From: a virus
Reading direction: 5' to 3' (one strand)
DNA: 64,000 nucleotides
IMG/VR virus record: IMGVR_UViG_3300043410_001823
Coordinates: 1 to 64,000 of that record
This document shows positions 44,740-54,900 of this stretch, one piece after another (position 1 is the stretch's first letter; every line of letters starts with the position of its first letter). The translations under genes were made by a program, and so were the position numbers. Below the pieces are notes generated by a model. The model saw nothing but the letters and a program-made list of their open reading frames with translations, was not told the DNA's origin and ran no database searches.

Positions 44740-44993
44740 TACCATTTACCAATTGGGCAGGTTGATTCTTTAAGCTTAGTTTTTAATGCCATAAAACATC
44801 CGCATTTTTTGCATTGCTTGGTTAAATCAAATAGCTCTGGACAAGCCTTACATATCTCAAATCTTTCTGTGGAAATAACTTGATCTACATATTCTGTATT
44901 TGGATTAATCAAGTCCCAGGGCTTTACAGACTTATTAGGATTTTTGTCCTTTTGTTTTTCCAAATATTCTTCCCACCTTGTTTTATTGCTCAT
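44739..44993 (-). CDS. Cys-rich small protein (DUF6171-like)
   Basis: R..ICKACP...QCKKCGCFM.LKT....CP.GKW. Confidence 0.75.
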   Translation of the reverse strand: MSNKTRWEEYLEKQKDKNPNKSVKPWDLINPNTEYVDQVISTERFEICKACPELFDLTKQCKKCGCFMALKTKLKESTCPIGKW

Positions 44994-45355
44994 GGATAAA
45001 ATACCCCATCAATATATTTTGAACCAATTTCTACCCACCTTGAATTTTCTGGCACTTCAATTAATAAAGGATTGCTAACTACGATAGCCCCCCGTCTTTC
45101 ATCAAAAACTACACCCTGAACTTCTCCAGAGTCCTTATTTGTAAAAGATACTAGAACTTCACCTGTTTCTAAGATAGAATCTTCTTTAATGATAGAATTG
45201 TGAAACATTTCAAAAAATTCTCTTGAAAATACATTATTATCGACTACAATATCGTTAATAACAAAACAGGCTAATAAATGTGTATCTGTACTAACGGAAT
45301 CAATTGCTCCATCATTTAAAATATGAATTATACCCTTACTCAACATACCTATCAT
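44990..45355 (-). CDS. Hypothetical protein
   Basis: ORF after the fibre gene; IG.KY.DGVF C-terminus; start may be ATG 45346. Confidence 0.6.
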   Translation of the reverse strand: MIGMLSKGIIHILNDGAIDSVSTDTHLLACFVINDIVVDNNVFSREFFEMFHNSIIKEDSILETGEVLVSFTNKDSGEVQGVVFDERRGAIVVSNPLLIEVPENSRWVEIGSKYIDGVFYP

Positions 45356-45378
45356 TATATCAAATACTAACCATTATG

Positions 45379-48348
45379 TCAACATCCAGCTGGATAATAT
45401 GTATTTCCATCATACAAACATTGACCAACATAGGTGCATGGATTAGAAGGATTTGCAACGTCAGCAGAATTACATTTCCAATATACTAATGCCCTAGTTG
45501 TTGTAGTAGTGGTTGCTGTCTTGTTATAATTTGGACAACATGAGCCAGATGTTGTAGATACTCCTGGAACACCAACTACAGCGGATCCCGTTGGACAGCA
45601 TTGTGGAGAATAATAGTATGTTCCATAATCCTGATAATAACATGTACAAGATGTAGTAGTAGTAGTTGTCGTAGTAGTTGTTGTTGCTGCACTTACTGAA
45701 ACGCTATTAGACCCTGCAGTAGTGCTTCCTACTGTATTGGTAGCAGTAACAACACAATAAATAGTATACAGGAATCCAGAAACACCTGCTAGAGATGCTG
45801 GAGGAGTCCAACTACTTGATGTTGCTCCACCATATGATGACCATCCTCCTGTTGTAAGATAATACCATTGATACGAATAACTAGATACCGCTGGATTTGC
45901 ATCCCAGCTTCCAGTAGAACAAGAAAATGATGTTGATCCAAGGGTTCCAGATGTAGGGGTAATTGCTGGCGATGTAACAATCTTTGGCTTATATGTTGCA
46001 GGTACAATTGGGCCTACCTCAGTTCCAGCCTGCCATGACGAGGATCCAGCAGAGTTGGAGGCTTGTGCATAAACTCTAAAATATCTTGCCCCAGAATCAT
46101 AATCAGCCTGTGTGGTTACATACGTAAGGCTAGTACTTGTTCCACTAGCAACAAGTGTTTCACTCATCAATACTCCAGCTGTTCCCCTATAAATTCTAAG
46201 ATCGTAGCTTGTTGGAGAATTATTCCATGTTCCAACTCCAGCGGTCAAAGTTCCTCCAACAGTAAGAGAAGAAGCACTTAAGGTTGGTGCTGATGCATTG
46301 GTAGGTGAAATTACTGGAGCAGAAACAGAAACATAGTTTGCTCTCTGCGTTGCAGAACTATTTGTTGTAGTATTTTTTGCCGTAACATCACATGTCAATG
46401 ATGTTCCGTAGACCTGAGTAAAATTAGGTGATGGGGTAAACTGTGAGGATATTGCTCCAGATATCGCTGGGTAAAGACTTCCTTGATCCCAGTACCTCCA
46501 TTGATATGTGTATAGATCTGGATTTCCATTCCATGTACCGTTTGTAACTGAAAATGTAACAGAACCTGCTACACCGCTTGTTGGACTAATTACGGGGGCT
46601 GTAACATTAGAAACAAAAACAGCTGTTGTAATTGAACCAGTCACAGGCGTTCCAGCATAACCAGTTCCATTTGCACCAGTATACGGAGTTACTTTCCAAT
46701 AGTATGTGGTTCCAGATGGGAAGGGGCCTGTTGGACTAATATTTCCTGGTGAATTAATCGTTCCACCATTAGCTGAATAAACACCTGCAGTACTGCTATA
46801 AGTCAGCACAACAGAACCAGTTCCTGTCGCAAAAGCAGAAACGTTTACCGACCATTGACTTGTTGTCGGAGAATTATTAGATACAGTAGGAGCATTAAGC
46901 GTACTTGTTGTATATGTATTAGAAACTGGTGGTCCTAATACCTGTGTACCATCTATAGATGTAGTAGCTCTTAATGTTAAAACATAGGATGTGTTTGGAG
47001 TTAGGCCTAAATATATATACGCATCTCCAGTTGTAGCTCCATCGAAACTTCCATCAATGTATGCTCTAGTTGCAGATGTGAGTGGGGCCTTAGAAAAATT
47101 TAATGTAATGTCTGTTAGAGATAAAGAAGATGATGTTACTGATGGAGATCCTAGTGCAATGGTAGATGATTGATATGTCCATGGTTCGCTATCTACTCCA
47201 TTATTTGCATAAACAACAATATCTAAATAACCACCAGCAGCACGAAGCGGTATAGTAAAATCAATATAGTTATCTGTTGTATATGTAGATGCACTTGCTG
47301 GCATACTGATAGTTTCATAAACATTATTAACATTTAAATAATCAATATAATATTGATATTGATATGGAGAGCCAGTCCATGTGCCCGCATATAGGCGATA
47401 AGTGTCTCCAACCGTCATCCCCGTACCAGATAATTTTGATAGGAATGGTCCTGGGTTTGCAGTTGGAGCAATTTGAACATATGTTGGTCCAGTAGTTACA
47501 GTAACTGGAGTACCAAACCAATCTGTGCCAGAATTGTATTGGGTTTCAACTACATAAAAGTATTTCCCGCTATTGTTAGGGTCTGTAGAAATATCATATG
47601 TAAATGATGTTGAATAGCTGGTTGTATGTGAGCTAGCATTATTTCCAGTATCTTGACTGTAAGTCGCTACTAATGTTCCTCCAGTAGTTGAGTTAGTTGT
47701 ATTTCTATATAACTTTGTTACTGATCTTGTTACGTCAGGAACTTCCTTGGTGGCTGCAGACCAATTAGAACTATATATCAGATCATTACCTGAAAGAGTT
47801 AAAATATGATAATTATTAACAGGATTTTTTCTGTGAATAAAATATCTATACCCATTACTATCGGTATTGTCATCTCCAGATATTCCGTCTGCTCTTGTTG
47901 CTTCTACCTGAAAAACCAGCCACGATCCGTCATACATTTCTAGTGACATATCTAAAACTTGGTATGCACCCATTGATCCATACTCTATTGGGTAGACAAA
48001 ATCTTGCCCAAGTATAGACGATGTAGCATTATATGTTTTATAAGAGTATGATGTTATTTGAGATGTTGTACTATTCGCATCCCAAATACCCCTTTGACCA
48101 TAAACATTGGTTCCAAACTCTAAATCAAAACCTGAAGGAAAATTATTTCCCGCTGCATCTAAAGTAATATACGGAGGAAGGATTGCATATGGTCCAGTTT
48201 TAGGCCAAAATAATTGCCAAGTTCCATTTGCTGTTTTTACCCAAAGCTTCTTGGCAGATTTCCAAGCAGTTGAGTACGTTGTTTTTACCCACAGTTTTTT
48301 TACAGATTTCCACTGCGTCGAATAGTCAGTTTTAGCCCAAAACCCCAT
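45379..48348 (-). CDS. Tail fibre / adhesin with Ig- and FN3-like repeats and a Thr/Cys-rich C-terminus
   Basis: Repeated GTW.G.P..Y.YQW Ig-like modules; poly-Thr runs; last large gene of the tail operon. Confidence 0.7.
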   Translation of the reverse strand: MGFWAKTDYSTQWKSVKKLWVKTTYSTAWKSAKKLWVKTANGTWQLFWPKTGPYAILPPYITLDAAGNNFPSGFDLEFGTNVYGQRGIWDANSTTSQITSYSYKTYNATSSILGQDFVYPIEYGSMGAYQVLDMSLEMYDGSWLVFQVEATRADGISGDDNTDSNGYRYFIHRKNPVNNYHILTLSGNDLIYSSNWSAATKEVPDVTRSVTKLYRNTTNSTTGGTLVATYSQDTGNNASSHTTSYSTSFTYDISTDPNNSGKYFYVVETQYNSGTDWFGTPVTVTTGPTYVQIAPTANPGPFLSKLSGTGMTVGDTYRLYAGTWTGSPYQYQYYIDYLNVNNVYETISMPASASTYTTDNYIDFTIPLRAAGGYLDIVVYANNGVDSEPWTYQSSTIALGSPSVTSSSLSLTDITLNFSKAPLTSATRAYIDGSFDGATTGDAYIYLGLTPNTSYVLTLRATTSIDGTQVLGPPVSNTYTTSTLNAPTVSNNSPTTSQWSVNVSAFATGTGSVVLTYSSTAGVYSANGGTINSPGNISPTGPFPSGTTYYWKVTPYTGANGTGYAGTPVTGSITTAVFVSNVTAPVISPTSGVAGSVTFSVTNGTWNGNPDLYTYQWRYWDQGSLYPAISGAISSQFTPSPNFTQVYGTSLTCDVTAKNTTTNSSATQRANYVSVSAPVISPTNASAPTLSASSLTVGGTLTAGVGTWNNSPTSYDLRIYRGTAGVLMSETLVASGTSTSLTYVTTQADYDSGARYFRVYAQASNSAGSSSWQAGTEVGPIVPATYKPKIVTSPAITPTSGTLGSTSFSCSTGSWDANPAVSSYSYQWYYLTTGGWSSYGGATSSSWTPPASLAGVSGFLYTIYCVVTATNTVGSTTAGSNSVSVSAATTTTTTTTTTTSCTCYYQDYGTYYYSPQCCPTGSAVVGVPGVSTTSGSCCPNYNKTATTTTTTRALVYWKCNSADVANPSNPCTYVGQCLYDGNTYYPAGC

Positions 48349-51300
48349 TAGTAATCAACCCACAAATCTCCAATAACTCCAGCAGTATTGCTTGGTGTGT
48401 TTGTTGAATCCACACTTGTATCTCTATAGTATACACCAAGTCCAAGCTTTACTTCTCCAGTATCTGGGGTCTGAACAAGCATTCTTTGTCGTGGATGAGG
48501 ACCAAGTGGGTACATATCCAAATAATATACCGATCCCTTTGTCATATTAATATTGCCTTGAGCACGAATACCTTTAATTGTTGTTCCACTTGAACCAAGA
48601 GTAATCATTGATGGACCATCATATGCGTTATTTCCATCTTGACTAGATGTGTATGATGTTATTAAGGAAATCTGATTTGACTCATACTTAATATAAGCAG
48701 AAGATCCTCCAAGGTTGAAAGTTCCACCATTATCCAAATAATACCCGTCAGCCGTACTTGCAACGCTTGTTTTAGAACCACCCGCAAGTGTTCCCTTAAT
48801 TGTTGCTGCTTGAGCATACATTGTTCCATCATGTTTAACCCAGAAGTTTGCATTAGAAGATGTTGGGCTTCCAGTTAGCAACCCTGCTTCAATAGCATAC
48901 TCAGAATCTGCTCCAGCAATAATTCTTACGCCCTTTGCAGAGTTTGCTGTTGATGAAACAACCTTTAAATAGTTGTTTGCAGAATCTAAGGTAATATAAT
49001 CTGATGTAATAGTTCCATCTGCTATGAGCCATCCAGATGCCTCGCTTGATCCAAACAAAGCTTTTTTGCTCCACAGGCTAATACCACTTACACCCTTATA
49101 TGAAATAGGATTAGAGTAAATTTTTGTAGTAGGTGAACTTGATGAATCAAGGGCCAATAAGCCTTCAGATCCAACCTTTACAGTTCCAGTTCCAGCAGAT
49201 ATCAGGTAGGACCCAGAGTTAATGTTAACATTTGCACCAAAATAAGATTGCTGATTTACTGTAATGCTTCCTGTAATTGTTGCAGAAGAAGCTGTTAAGG
49301 CACCAGTGTTTGTTACCTTAAAAACTCCTCCACCTGCATTAATAAGGTCTGAAGTTGTTCCATCACCTATAATGCTAATCTTTCTTGCAACCACTTGACC
49401 TGCTGGGGTTACAGAGAATTTTGCCATTCCGTCAGAATTTTTAGATGCATCTGCACCTGCCCAGAATGCATATGTTCCACTAGCAGACAATCCAGTATAT
49501 GTTGAACCACTGACATACCCATCATTTTCAATGGCTGTTGGAGAAATTGTCCAGTCTGCGATTACAGCTCTTTTTGTAATAAACGTAGGAGACCCTGCAG
49601 ACGCACTATTAATGATTTCTGTAGTCCAGTCTCCATTTGAATCGTATGCAAAAATACCATCCTTATTAAAAAATACCTGTGGATATTGTGTGCTATCACC
49701 CACACCAGCAAATATAGAACCATCGGTAGCAATTTTTATTGGGTTTTCAATTAATGTTACCAAACCTATGTCGATTGGGTTTACAGAAACACCACTCTCT
49801 TGCCCAACCTTTTCCATACTGTAATACGAGTTATTATTAAATTGATCATAATATCTTACAATCACATATCTTGTATCGTTATTTGGAGTAATAATAGTTG
49901 CAGGACTGAGTCCAGAGTAAACCATGTCTGCGTCATCAGTTGGGACACTTGTCCATGCAACTGATTTTTCATATACTTCTAATCTTGTTGCCCCTACTGG
50001 CATATCAAAGTCAACAACGTAACCATTAGAAATTGGACTAACTCTAAATATTCCTGATGGGGAATTTACATTGGGAGTTCCTAATGTTGGATATAAAGTA
50101 GCTAGAGGGTTTGCTCTAGTTACTGGACCAGAGGAAATTACTGCACCCAATGTTTCTACACCTTGTGCAGATACGGATGTTATATATGCCTTAAACTTAG
50201 AATAATATGTTCCAAACTGACCATACATGTCTAAAGACTTAATGGTAAATGATGTTTCAGAGCCTGTTATTAAGTGATAGAAGTATGCATATAATGATGT
50301 GCTTTCTACATCGTTTATATATGGTACTAATTTTACCTTTACCGTTGTTCCAGCATTGGATGATGGCTGAGTATAAGAAACATTAATGTCGTTACCGTTC
50401 CAAGAAATGCTTGCTGCTGTAAACTGTGTTGGAGGGTTGGTATTTACAGGCATAAAAGAATCTGGAGTGATATCTGCAATGTCTGAATAAACGGATGGCA
50501 AAGCTGCCTCTCCTACAAACTTAACTCTAACCCATCTATGAGCATCGTCTGGAGCATAAATGACAATTGGGCTAGTCGCAGTTATTGGTGAGGCTTGAAC
50601 CCATCCCTGTGTCAGACTAACATTTGCCTTTATAGTTTCAGTTGTTACTTGTTCTTCTACAATAATTCCATAAAATGATCCAACAGCTAGAGCTTGAGCT
50701 AAATTCTCAACTGTAACCGCATAATAATCTACACCCTTTGATAATGTGATGACAGGCTGAGGCAGTGGTGACACATATGCTGGAACAGTTGCACAAACAT
50801 ATTCTCCAACATTGATGTAGTCTGCTGAAGCTACACAAACTTGATTTATTGTTGAAATTAAGTTAATGCCTGTTGCATTTAATACCACAAAAGAAAGTCT
50901 TAATGTTTGTGAAACTGAGTTTGTATCTATAAAACTAGTTGCTGAATATCCATAGCCAGCTTGAAGAACATAATCTTTGTTTTTTGCTGAATCGTGAACT
51001 TTAATAAGAAATCTATCAATCCATTGATTCTCATCGGCAGCTGGGTCCCAATCAAATGTTAAAACAATATCATCGCCATCCCATGCAGCAACTAAGTTGG
51101 TGACACCTAGTGGCGCAGTTCCTTTTACTGGTCCACCAAAGACTCCTCCAGAATCTCCGCCATCACCTGGAGTTGGCTTTGGATTATCTCCAGTATATAG
51201 TGATGATGATGAGTTTGCTATAGTAGAAAGAAAAGCTCCTACTGGTTTGTTTAATCCAATATTTGCAACTTCAGCATTTTGTCTTGCTAACTTAAATGGT

Positions 51301-51401
51301 GCTGTTATAGATGATGATCTGGGGTCATCTAGATCAATATGCAACGTCTGTCTTTTAGCTGTTGATGAGCTTGAAATATATGACGGAGATATTTTTTTCA
51401 T
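48348..51401 (-). CDS. Minor tail protein
   Basis: FN3-like N-terminal half, beta-rich C-terminal half (FSVTPAG, FWVKHDG), GDLWVDY end. Confidence 0.7.
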   Translation of the reverse strand: MKKISPSYISSSSTAKRQTLHIDLDDPRSSSITAPFKLARQNAEVANIGLNKPVGAFLSTIANSSSSLYTGDNPKPTPGDGGDSGGVFGGPVKGTAPLGVTNLVAAWDGDDIVLTFDWDPAADENQWIDRFLIKVHDSAKNKDYVLQAGYGYSATSFIDTNSVSQTLRLSFVVLNATGINLISTINQVCVASADYINVGEYVCATVPAYVSPLPQPVITLSKGVDYYAVTVENLAQALAVGSFYGIIVEEQVTTETIKANVSLTQGWVQASPITATSPIVIYAPDDAHRWVRVKFVGEAALPSVYSDIADITPDSFMPVNTNPPTQFTAASISWNGNDINVSYTQPSSNAGTTVKVKLVPYINDVESTSLYAYFYHLITGSETSFTIKSLDMYGQFGTYYSKFKAYITSVSAQGVETLGAVISSGPVTRANPLATLYPTLGTPNVNSPSGIFRVSPISNGYVVDFDMPVGATRLEVYEKSVAWTSVPTDDADMVYSGLSPATIITPNNDTRYVIVRYYDQFNNNSYYSMEKVGQESGVSVNPIDIGLVTLIENPIKIATDGSIFAGVGDSTQYPQVFFNKDGIFAYDSNGDWTTEIINSASAGSPTFITKRAVIADWTISPTAIENDGYVSGSTYTGLSASGTYAFWAGADASKNSDGMAKFSVTPAGQVVARKISIIGDGTTSDLINAGGGVFKVTNTGALTASSATITGSITVNQQSYFGANVNINSGSYLISAGTGTVKVGSEGLLALDSSSSPTTKIYSNPISYKGVSGISLWSKKALFGSSEASGWLIADGTITSDYITLDSANNYLKVVSSTANSAKGVRIIAGADSEYAIEAGLLTGSPTSSNANFWVKHDGTMYAQAATIKGTLAGGSKTSVASTADGYYLDNGGTFNLGGSSAYIKYESNQISLITSYTSSQDGNNAYDGPSMITLGSSGTTIKGIRAQGNINMTKGSVYYLDMYPLGPHPRQRMLVQTPDTGEVKLGLGVYYRDTSVDSTNTPSNTAGVIGDLWVDY

Positions 51402-51414
51402 CTATATCCTAGTA

Positions 51415-51894
51415 TTACTTATGTCCTATAGCAATCCAGTTTACGTTAACAGTACCAGTTAACCAGTCTGAATTTTTTGCTGCATGTCTTAAAACAATAT
51501 TAAAGCTTGATGGTGTTACATCTCTAACATTTGCAATAATGTCTAAATAGTTAGTTGAGCTAGATGATACCTGAGCTTGAGCAACAATAAATGGAGATGA
51601 TGAAAATGGTTGACCAATAAATGTTACGGGCATTGTGTATGTATACATGGTTCCATTAAATGTGAATCCTGGTGATGATGGGTTAAACTTTGTTTGTCCA
51701 TATAGGATCTGTTGAGATGCCATATCGTACTGATATTCTGTGCTTGCGCCACTAACAGAAGAGCCACTGTAGACATTTCCATAGTTATTTGTCAAAGCAG
51801 AAATATTATCACTGTGCTGATTAACAACATTAACAATTTGATTAATTGTTGATAGGTCAATGATTTTTGGATCTGATATTTTTATATATGCCAT
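51415..51894 (-). CDS. Minor tail protein (H-type lectin-like)
   Basis: F...FSSSPFIV...VNWIAIG. Confidence 0.65.
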   Translation of the reverse strand: MAYIKISDPKIIDLSTINQIVNVVNQHSDNISALTNNYGNVYSGSSVSGASTEYQYDMASQQILYGQTKFNPSSPGFTFNGTMYTYTMPVTFIGQPFSSSPFIVAQAQVSSSSTNYLDIIANVRDVTPSSFNIVLRHAAKNSDWLTGTVNVNWIAIGHK

Positions 51895-51923
51895 TTTTTC
51901 TCCTTAAATAAAATTATACCATG

Positions 51924-54900
51924 TTAGACGCTTATTCCAGCATCAAGCATTTTTAGTGATATCTGCGTTTGTAAGCCATTATTAAATGAGTTGTTTACAG
52001 AGTGAACCACATACTTTTGCTGATTAACTCCAGCAACTGGGTATGTTAGCTTGACAACATCTCCTACCTCAATAAGTGGATTTCCGAATATGTTCAAGGA
52101 CACATCCTTAGAGAAGTTTTCAAGAGAGGTAGAAACTAGCTTTAGAAGCTTATTAGCATCTTGCTTAGACTGGATAAATTCGCTATCTAATTGAACGACT
52201 TCTTGCATATTTCCTGGATTGGTTACAACCTCAATAATTTCAGGATCTGACGGAACAATAATCTCGTGTGTCCATAGATTAAAATTAACTGCAAACTGAT
52301 TAATATCATCGGAGTCTTTTTTGAGGTATACCATATGTGAGCTATTGTTGGCTACCGCAAACTTACCTCTAAATCCTGTATTAACTGGTGTTGAATATGC
52401 TACAGAATATTCATCAACAACCTGCCTTTGTAGATATTTTTGATCTAACAATGTATTTCCAGGGAAGTAGTACCATGCATACTCTACTGGCAATACATCT
52501 ACCGATACCGCAGAACCGTTGGTATACTGAACATCATATACGTTAATTCCAGTTACACATGGTTGAGTTTGCATTATAAACTCGTCATAGTTAGAGGCTA
52601 GATTGTGTCCCTGAACTAAACCATTTAAAAACTCTGGATCTTGAAAATAATAATTTACGCTTCTATTTTTTAGAATTTTTTCAGATGCGTAGATCTCTCT
52701 GACATAACCAATAAGCCCATTAGAGCTAGTCTCTGGGTAGTGTAATGGTTCTTTCCATTCACCGTCTATATAGCTAGAAGGAAGGACGGTTGGAGCATTA
52801 GATAGAAATACTCCGAACTTTGTATCTGTCCCCTTTGCATATTCAAGCAATGCAACCTTTTTCCTTAAACCATTAACAGTATTAACATCTGTGCTTTTCC
52901 ATGCATCATTTTCATAAACTTGCCAACCACTAATCTCAAAATTATTTAAAAATGCTGTGAATGTATGTCCCGTTGGGTTATCTGCAGAACCCTCACCACT
53001 TTCATGATAATCAAACTCTTCCATAGCAATTCTTAAATTAAATGCTTCATGTGGATCGACATAAAGGATATAAGCATCTGACCCATCTTTTTTAGTCGGT
53101 GACGGATTTTTAACCCATATCTTTTCAAAATTACTCATAATAGAATTGACTACGCCAGACACGTTAGCATAAGCTATCGGAGAAAGATCACCAGAATAGG
53201 CATCTTGCTTAGAGAAAATTAATGCATACATATAATCTGCTGCTGCAGTTTGTGGTGGATTATATCTAACCAGTTCTAAGAAATATGTATCAGCTAAATT
53301 AGATTCATACATATTAAAAAATATACCGCCAGAACATAGCTCTACTGGTCTATTTGACTCAATTGGCATAAAGAATTTTCCTGAGTAAGAATTATACACG
53401 CTATCTGATGCTGACCCAGAATATATGAGCGTTCTGCCAGTTGCGCCTGGCTCTACCTGAATATAATAATATGGATCCGAATTCTGTGTAGTTACTACGC
53501 TTGCATTATTGCTTGTAGAGAGGGTAGTTCCATTATGGTCTTTAGCATATAGGTCTTTTTTAGTATTTACCCCTGTTGAAAAATCTCCAGATATAACTTC
53601 ATGCTTTGCTGCACTTGTACCAAACATTCCACGCTGAATATTAGTAATAGTGCCTAATGGTTCAATAGTTATATCATAACTTGTTGCTTTTTCAAATCTG
53701 CCTGACGTCCAACCTGACTGCATTGTGTCTGATGTTGGAGATATTACAGTAAATGAGTTAGATGTTACGTTTTGCACTACATAAGATCCATTGAGAGCTT
53801 CTGGCTTCATACCTCTAATAGATACAAGGTCTCCAACTTTTACCGTAGTTAATGGGTTTTTGACATCTGCTGTTGGTGTACTTGAGAATGAATATGTTGC
53901 AAAATTTTGTCCACCCGATTCTGATTGAGATACACCAGAAATAATTCCTACATTTTCTACAAGACCAATTCTTTTTTCTTTAATAAATTGATTAATTGCT
54001 GCACCAAGCTCGATGTCATTTTTAACAGATATTTCTGAGTATGTGGCAGAATCCGATGTCTTTGAAATCTTATATTTTTTATATACAAAAGATACAATTT
54101 CATTTTCAATAGCAGCATATCCATTAGTTGATAGGTTAAAAGTATGGAATATATCTAGTAAGTCTGACTTGTGCAATGTAAATTGATGATCTGTTTCAGA
54201 CATGTCTTCTACTAAGTAATTTAATCCTAGAGAATCAATGCTCTGCTGTTCCCACACAACGTCGTTACTTGTTGTATATATGTACGACGGTCCATTCTTG
54301 ATTTGTGGGTCTATAACATTTTGCAATGATAAAGACTGCTTAATTCTAGGAGTTGTATATCTTAAAGAAATCTTTCCTGGCTTTGCCTTGGTAGAAACAG
54401 AATAACCACCATTAAGGATATCTGAATCATCCAATGAAAAATCTTGAGTAGCCGAAGCTTTTCCAAGAATATTGGATAAGCTCATAAACTTCATTACACC
54501 AAAATTATCTATATAGGCTGCTATTTGATATGGCAAAAAGATTTGATTTAGCGCTTCTGCTAACGTAGTGTCTTTTGAGTTGCAGTAGTAATAACTAATA
54601 CTTAATGGAGTGTGTGAATCCATACATGCAGCATATAAAGAATCTACATCATAATCTGTAAACCCACTTAAATCCAAGATATTTGTTATGGTTTCAAACG
54701 CAGTTTTAAAATGAGAAACATAGTCTGAGGCTGGGACATTTTGAAGGTATCTAGTGATATCATAGCATTGTACAGAAACTCTATCAATATCATCTTGTTG
54801 CCAAGAATCAGAATAATAGACTCCTCCAGGAATAATCGTGTTGGAGACTGTTTCCCCTCCAGAAGACCAGTTTGCATAACTCTTAAGGTTATAGTTAATG

